Shown in pieces: positions 59,237 to 64,000 of a DNA stretch of 64,000 nucleotides. A program made the position numbers and the translations under genes. The first letter of the stretch is position 1. Every line of letters starts with the position of its first letter. The notes beneath the pieces were generated by a model, which ran no database searches, was not told the origin of the DNA, and saw only the letters and a program-made list of their open reading frames with translations. The DNA comes from Candidatus Latescibacterota bacterium. GTDB taxonomy: Bacteria > Latescibacterota > UBA2968 > UBA8231. The stretch lies in contig OZ242318.1 of assembly GCA_965208105.1 (NCBI GenBank), forward strand, positions 1,952,001 through 2,016,000. Reading direction: 5' to 3'.

Positions 59237-59397
59237 CGATCCAGGTTACAGAATCGGAGACCAGTTTACCGGCGCTTACAAAAAACCATTGCCGGTTTGC
59301 GTACCCGCGAAGCGGGTTGCCGAAGACCGAGGCGCGAACAGCGCCGCAGCGCAAGAACCCGCTGATATGCGGTGCGGGCTTCACTCCGACAGATGGA

Positions 59398-59452
59398 AGT
59401 TAACCTGCCTTCAGCTGCGCCGGTTGCGGATCGGCTGCAAGGCTTGTCCTCG
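59398..59452 (-). other. Degenerate attC-like site
   Basis: Minus strand: CGAGGAC-AAGCC-TTGCAGCC...AGCTGAA-GGCAG-GTTAACT just after the AKR stop. Confidence 0.4.
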
Positions 59453-59454
59453 CC

Positions 59455-60447
59455 TCAATAGTCTACGCCGCGCACCCCGTCGAACACTCTACCCAGCGTA
59501 TCCAGCCGGGAATGGAGGTCCGGTGGAAGAGGGCCCATAGCTGCGCAACCGACATTTTCCTCAAGTTGTTCCACCGTCGCCGCGCCAGGGATCACGGTGG
59601 CCACATCCATGTCCGCCAGCAGGAATCGAGTCGCAAGCGCGGCCAGACTGATCCCGGTCTCTCGATGGATCGAGTAAAGCTCTGCAAATCGAGTCCGAAG
59701 GTCGTCGTCCATCCAATCGGGAGGATGCTCCAGCCACTCTTCACAAGGAACGGCAAGCAGCCCCTGCTGCAGAGGCGCTCCGAGGACCACACCCTTGCCC
59801 AGTTCGCTGGTCAGTGGCAGAAGGAACTGCCTGGCATTGCGCCAGATCAGGCTGTACTGAAACGCAACCAGCACGACCTCCACCGGGAGAGCTATCTCGC
59901 GCAGTACCTTTGCCAGGAGATGAGCGTTGTTGCCGGAAATGCCCAGATGCTTCGCCATTCCCTGCTCCCTGGCCCACCACAGGAATTGGGTCACCGGCGC
60001 CTCGCCGTAGTCGTAAACCCCGTCTGCGCTGATGTGCCGCGTCTGGCGCGGGGGGGCCTCGTCCTGCCAATACACACTCCAATCAGCCTCGTGGATGTAG
60101 AGAATGTCCACGCAATCTCGCCGCAGGGACCGCAGCGTCTGCTCGAACTGCGCCTTGAAGGCGTCCAACTCGCGGTACGGTCCGGTGCGCCAGTCCCATC
60201 GCCCGCACTTCGTCCCCAGGAGACAGGGTTCCTTCCGTCCCTGGAGAGCTTCTCCCAGGACTTCCTGAGAATTCCCGTAGAGGGGAGCAGTGTCGAAATA
60301 GTTCACTCCCAGTTCCAAAGCGCGATGGACAACGCGAATACCTTCATCGCGCGCCGTCTCTCCCTCATGGATGAAGGCCCCGCCCAGGCCAATCTCGCTA
60401 ACCTCAAGACCGGTCTTTCCCAACGCCCGTTTATTGATCACTGTCAT
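59455..60447 (-). CDS. Aldo/keto reductase
   Basis: LGKTGLEVSEIGLG, FDTAPLYG, TKCG, YIH, VIPGA. Confidence 0.92.
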   Translation of the reverse strand: MTVINKRALGKTGLEVSEIGLGGAFIHEGETARDEGIRVVHRALELGVNYFDTAPLYGNSQEVLGEALQGRKEPCLLGTKCGRWDWRTGPYRELDAFKAQFEQTLRSLRRDCVDILYIHEADWSVYWQDEAPPRQTRHISADGVYDYGEAPVTQFLWWAREQGMAKHLGISGNNAHLLAKVLREIALPVEVVLVAFQYSLIWRNARQFLLPLTSELGKGVVLGAPLQQGLLAVPCEEWLEHPPDWMDDDLRTRFAELYSIHRETGISLAALATRFLLADMDVATVIPGAATVEQLEENVGCAAMGPLPPDLHSRLDTLGRVFDGVRGVDY

Positions 60448-60569
60448 ACCTCAAGTAGACTTCGAATGAAATTCCGGCTGGCCTTTGCGCACTCCAGAGG
60501 CGTCTTGCCTGCCCATTGGGCCTTCTGCCCGGCCGTGTTGCAGCCGGAGTGATGGTTTTCGCATTCCAT

Positions 60570-62495
60570 CTAGTTAGCTCCGGGAGTTGGCGCTCCATGC
60601 CGCTTCAAGAGCTCGACGACCTCACCATGCCCTGCTCGCGCGGCCACTGCCACTGGCTGCGCCCAGGGCGCCCCGGCCAGATTCGGATCCGCTCCCTTCT
60701 CCAGGAGAAATTCGGCCATCTTGCAGCTCCCGAATCGGGCTGCCCACCCAAGCGGCGTGGCGTCATGGTGAAGCTCGATGGCGTCGATGTCGGCACCGAA
60801 CCCCAATGCCAGCTCCGCTCTCTTCATGTTTTCATCTTCATCCTCGTATCGACCTTCGGGATTGCAGTTGTGCCGGCTGGCGGCCAGACGATGCAATGGG
60901 GCAATTCGCAGGAAGTTAGGAAGATTCGGATCCAATCCACGCTCGAGAAGCGTTCGAAAAATGGCAATGTCGCCTTTCCAGAGATTTCCCTGGCACACCG
61001 TGACTGTCGATGGCATCGGGATACCGAGCTCCAACAGTCGGTCCAAAAGCTCAGCGTCATCGCGAATCCGAACGAACAGCTCACTCATCAATGGATCGTT
61101 CGGGTTGCGCTCGAACATCTGTTGCAGCCGCTCGGTGTACGTCCAGTCCTGATCCTCTCCGCCGTATCTGTACAACAGCTCCAGCATCTTGCGGTTTTTC
61201 CCCTGAGCTCGATTCCTTGTCGCTGTCGCGGCCGAGGTGGCTGTGCCATGGGAATCCTGACCCTCGGCATTGGGATCCGCGCCGTGTTGCAGCAGGAGCT
61301 CGGCGACATCGTAGTGGTCGTACCATACCGCAGCCCACAGGGCGAATCCCCAACGCCCCTCACGACAGGTCGCGTCTGCGCCGTTATCGATCAAAAAACG
61401 CAACATCTCGAGATATCCATGCTGGGCGGCGGCAGCCTTTGGCGTCATGCCCATGGGGGACTCGTAATTTACCAGGTCAGGGTTGGCACTCACCATCGCC
61501 TTGACCCTCTCGATGTCGTTCCTTGCCACCGCAACCTCGATGGTGTATTCGGCCCCCTTTGACAACAGCAGGTCCACCAACTCCATGTCCTCGGAGCCAT
61601 GAATGTATATGTCGTTCCAGATGGCGTGATCGATGGGGCGCATCCGCGCTTTTCCATCCGCTTGATTGAGGTCGGCGCCCCGGTCGATCAGCAGCTCGAT
61701 CAATTCAACATCCCGGTTGACGACCGCCTTGTGCAGCGGTGAGATCCCTTGACGGTCCGATTGATCGACAAGCTCCGGGTGGGCCGCCAGCAACTCGGCA
61801 ACGCGCACGCCGTCCGCCTGTGCCACGGCATCGTGAAACCGTTCGGACCCCTCGTCATAGCGGTGCAGCTGCGCAACCGCCCGCCGAATGGCGCTTGCCG
61901 TCTCCTGGTGGCCGCGATCTTCGGCCAGTTTGAGGATCGTATCCTTCCCGAACCAGGAAGTAGCGGTCGGTCTGGCCCCGCGCTCGAGCAACACTTGAAC
62001 CGTTCGCGTGTGTCCTTCCTGCGTTGCGAAAACGATCGGAGAGCAGCCGAAAAACTCAGCGTTAACGAGACTTGAATCGGCGTCGAGGAGGGATTCAAGT
62101 GATTTCGTGTTCCCTGCCATGGCCGCGACGATTAACGGCCAAACCTCTTTGGAAAACGAATCGTGGCATCCATGAGTCACCAGGAACGGATCCTCGATCA
62201 GGAGCCGCGCCTTCTCCTTGCTGCTCAACCCCACCGCCGGCCGCCGTTTGGCGATTCGATCTACGAGCTTCTGCCAGCTTGCAAGACCGTATTCGCGCGC
62301 GATGACCAGCTGGGCGTCGCTCAGCTTGAACGAGACCCTGGCAATCTCATCGTCGGTGGCTTCAAGAAGCTTCGGATGACTCTCGCGAATGCGCTGGAAG
62401 GCATCCGGAGCCGCATCCCTCCAATGCTTTCGCAGGGTCTTGGCGAGGGTTTTCTGCTGTTGGAGACTGGGGACTACGGGCAGGCGGCGGCGCAT
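60570..62495 (-). CDS. Ankyrin-repeat protein with N-terminal helical 'AQLVIAREYG.SW' domain
   Basis: Start MRRRLP with AAAGGAGG RBS; many ank repeats (SPLHKA, TPLGWA, LL.GADPN). Confidence 0.88.
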   Translation of the reverse strand: MRRRLPVVPSLQQQKTLAKTLRKHWRDAAPDAFQRIRESHPKLLEATDDEIARVSFKLSDAQLVIAREYGLASWQKLVDRIAKRRPAVGLSSKEKARLLIEDPFLVTHGCHDSFSKEVWPLIVAAMAGNTKSLESLLDADSSLVNAEFFGCSPIVFATQEGHTRTVQVLLERGARPTATSWFGKDTILKLAEDRGHQETASAIRRAVAQLHRYDEGSERFHDAVAQADGVRVAELLAAHPELVDQSDRQGISPLHKAVVNRDVELIELLIDRGADLNQADGKARMRPIDHAIWNDIYIHGSEDMELVDLLLSKGAEYTIEVAVARNDIERVKAMVSANPDLVNYESPMGMTPKAAAAQHGYLEMLRFLIDNGADATCREGRWGFALWAAVWYDHYDVAELLLQHGADPNAEGQDSHGTATSAATATRNRAQGKNRKMLELLYRYGGEDQDWTYTERLQQMFERNPNDPLMSELFVRIRDDAELLDRLLELGIPMPSTVTVCQGNLWKGDIAIFRTLLERGLDPNLPNFLRIAPLHRLAASRHNCNPEGRYEDEDENMKRAELALGFGADIDAIELHHDATPLGWAARFGSCKMAEFLLEKGADPNLAGAPWAQPVAVAARAGHGEVVELLKRHGAPTPGAN

Positions 62496-62630
62496 GGCGG
62501 ACCTCCTTTCGACGGATTGCCTGGCCCGCATACAGGCAGAAAGAAGGTTCCCCAAGGATAAAACGAAGAGCGAAGTTCAGGTGAACGTGGTTCTTCCCGC
62601 GGGTTGGGTGCACCCTGATGTGCAGAGCAT

Positions 62631-62659
62631 AACCTAAGTCCTGTCAAAGGCTATGTCAA
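62631..62659 (-). promoter_or_regulatory. Sigma70-type promoter upstream of the ankyrin gene
   Basis: TTGACA-17 nt-TAGGTT. Confidence 0.55.
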
Positions 62660-62777
62660 TTGTGCTCGGCGACCGCTTTGGAAGTGGCTTAGCCAGATGT
62701 CCACTTGCAAGCATGAACCTCATCTCTCTCGTCCTGTTAAGTGAAGTCTGACCTCGGAAATGCTCACTTGCCCAGCA

Positions 62778-63425
62778 TTACGAAACAATAAAGGGATCAT
62801 CCAAATCATTGTTGTCGAGTACTATTGAAGCCCGTTTTCTGGGTTGGCAGTTCTGGATGTATATTTTCTGGCCTTCTATGTAACGCCTATTCTGCTCTGC
62901 ATCAGGATCCGGATTGCCCTCTCCACGAAGAGCGCATCTGGGAATCGAGTTTTCGAAATCCACGTCCAAGTAGATTGAATAGTCCCAGAGGTCCCTGAGT
63001 TCAGCCCTGTGCAAGAAAATCCCGTCCAACAAGAGAATCGACTTCGGCTCCGCGTACAGTTCAGGCGACTCAACACAGGTATCGATCCTGTGATCGAACG
63101 CCTTAGTATGAAAACGCCCGGACCCTCCAGGACCTAGAGGGTTGAGAAGTAAGCCGAAAAGTTGATCGTAGTTGTACGAGTCTTCGAAAAAACCTGACGG
63201 CGAATATTTCCCCTGACGGTACCTGATTGCCCTAGGATTGTGAAAGAAATCTACTGACGCACGGATGATCGGCCGACTTTCAATGGTGTGGGCAAGCTCA
63301 TCCGCGAATGTTGTCTTGCCGGCACCATCTACACCGTCGATGGCGACTCGTACCACATTGCCAGGGAAGATCGCGCAGATTTCCGCGGCGATTTGCTCGA
63401 GGATCACACCCCGCTTTGATGGCAT
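62778..63425 (-). CDS. Uridine kinase-like P-loop protein
   Basis: VAIDGVDGAGKTTFA, SVDFFH, DGIFL, RRYIEGQ. Confidence 0.85.
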   Translation of the reverse strand: MPSKRGVILEQIAAEICAIFPGNVVRVAIDGVDGAGKTTFADELAHTIESRPIIRASVDFFHNPRAIRYRQGKYSPSGFFEDSYNYDQLFGLLLNPLGPGGSGRFHTKAFDHRIDTCVESPELYAEPKSILLLDGIFLHRAELRDLWDYSIYLDVDFENSIPRCALRGEGNPDPDAEQNRRYIEGQKIYIQNCQPRKRASIVLDNNDLDDPFIVS

Positions 63426-63463
63426 GATATACGTAAAACCTTAGTCGCATTTCCCATAACGTG

Positions 63464-64000
63464 CTACCTGTCTGCGACGTGGGCCTGTCCTTCACGTTCG
63501 AACGTGATGCTTCCCTCGTCGGCGTCCAAGATGACTTCGACGCCTAGCGGAATTGTCAGGCAGCTTCTTCCGTGTCCAGACGGCAGCCCTGACGCGATGG
63601 GGATTCCAAATTCAGAAAGCAGCTCGGAGACACTTCCCCATAGCATGTGCAGGTTCGAACACTCAAACATGTCGGAGAACACCATGCCGCGAACGCCGTC
63701 TAGCTTTCCGGCATTCCTGAGGTGTGTCACCATCGCGTCAATTTGCCTAGCATCCTTTCCCGCATCCTCAAGAAACAAAATCCGCTGATCCGTCTCAATT
63801 TCATGATCTGTACCTATCGACTCGACCAGCCGCGTGAGGTTGCCCCCCACAATTTCGCCCTGGGCCATGCCCTCGCGGAGACATGTGAGTCCGTTGATCG
63901 GGCGAAACTCCCAATAGAAAAGATGATCGTGCAAGGAGACCTGAGACCCTGTTTTCTCTGGATACTCGAGCATTCTAGCTGTAGCGATGTTTGGGCCGTG
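63464..64000 (-). CDS. LD-carboxypeptidase (S66), 5' end outside window
   Basis: Frame open to the edge (HGPN..); GGNLT, ILFLED, SGHG, IPLG. Confidence 0.85.
   Translation of the reverse strand, partial: HGPNIATARMLEYPEKTGSQVSLHDHLFYWEFRPINGLTCLREGMAQGEIVGGNLTRLVESIGTDHEIETDQRILFLEDAGKDARQIDAMVTHLRNAGKLDGVRGMVFSDMFECSNLHMLWGSVSELLSEFGIPIASGLPSGHGRSCLTIPLGVEVILDADEGSITFEREGQAHVADR

Noticed and set aside
1-64000. CRISPR arrays, tRNA/rRNA, selABCD, integron integrase
   Set aside because: None recognised by eye in this window; a tRNA/Rfam scan would be needed to exclude small RNAs

Overview
GC-rich bacterial window. The FlgD-Ig/T9SS-like C-terminal domains, five PhyH dioxygenases and a DUF6785-type transporter are typical of Ca. 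Latescibacterota/Gemmatimonadota-like or sponge-symbiont genomes (inference). Core genes include sucA-sucB-lpdA, recN, msrAB, pepF, a PqqL-like M16 peptidase and ABC transporters. Two lower-GC, minus-strand accessory tracts (about 38-47 kb and 56-64 kb) carry cassette-like genes, a TA pair, gene relics and nested mobile elements. Main highlights: (1) The ORF track splits two selenoprotein candidates at in-frame TGA codons. One is an exported beta-barrel-like protein with a U-V-G-U motif (6643-7311), directly upstream of an exported YHS-TlpA redoxin. The other is an AhpD-like CxxU protein (28385-28999). Both TGA sites are followed by hairpins sharing CTC-CGGG..-GAG, a putative SECIS. (2) An IS1111-type IS110 element sits exactly in the terminal inverted repeat of a MITE, and its downstream ncRNA region contains short matches to both that target and its own donor junction (bridge/seekRNA-like). 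All calls come from reading the sequence; no searches were run.
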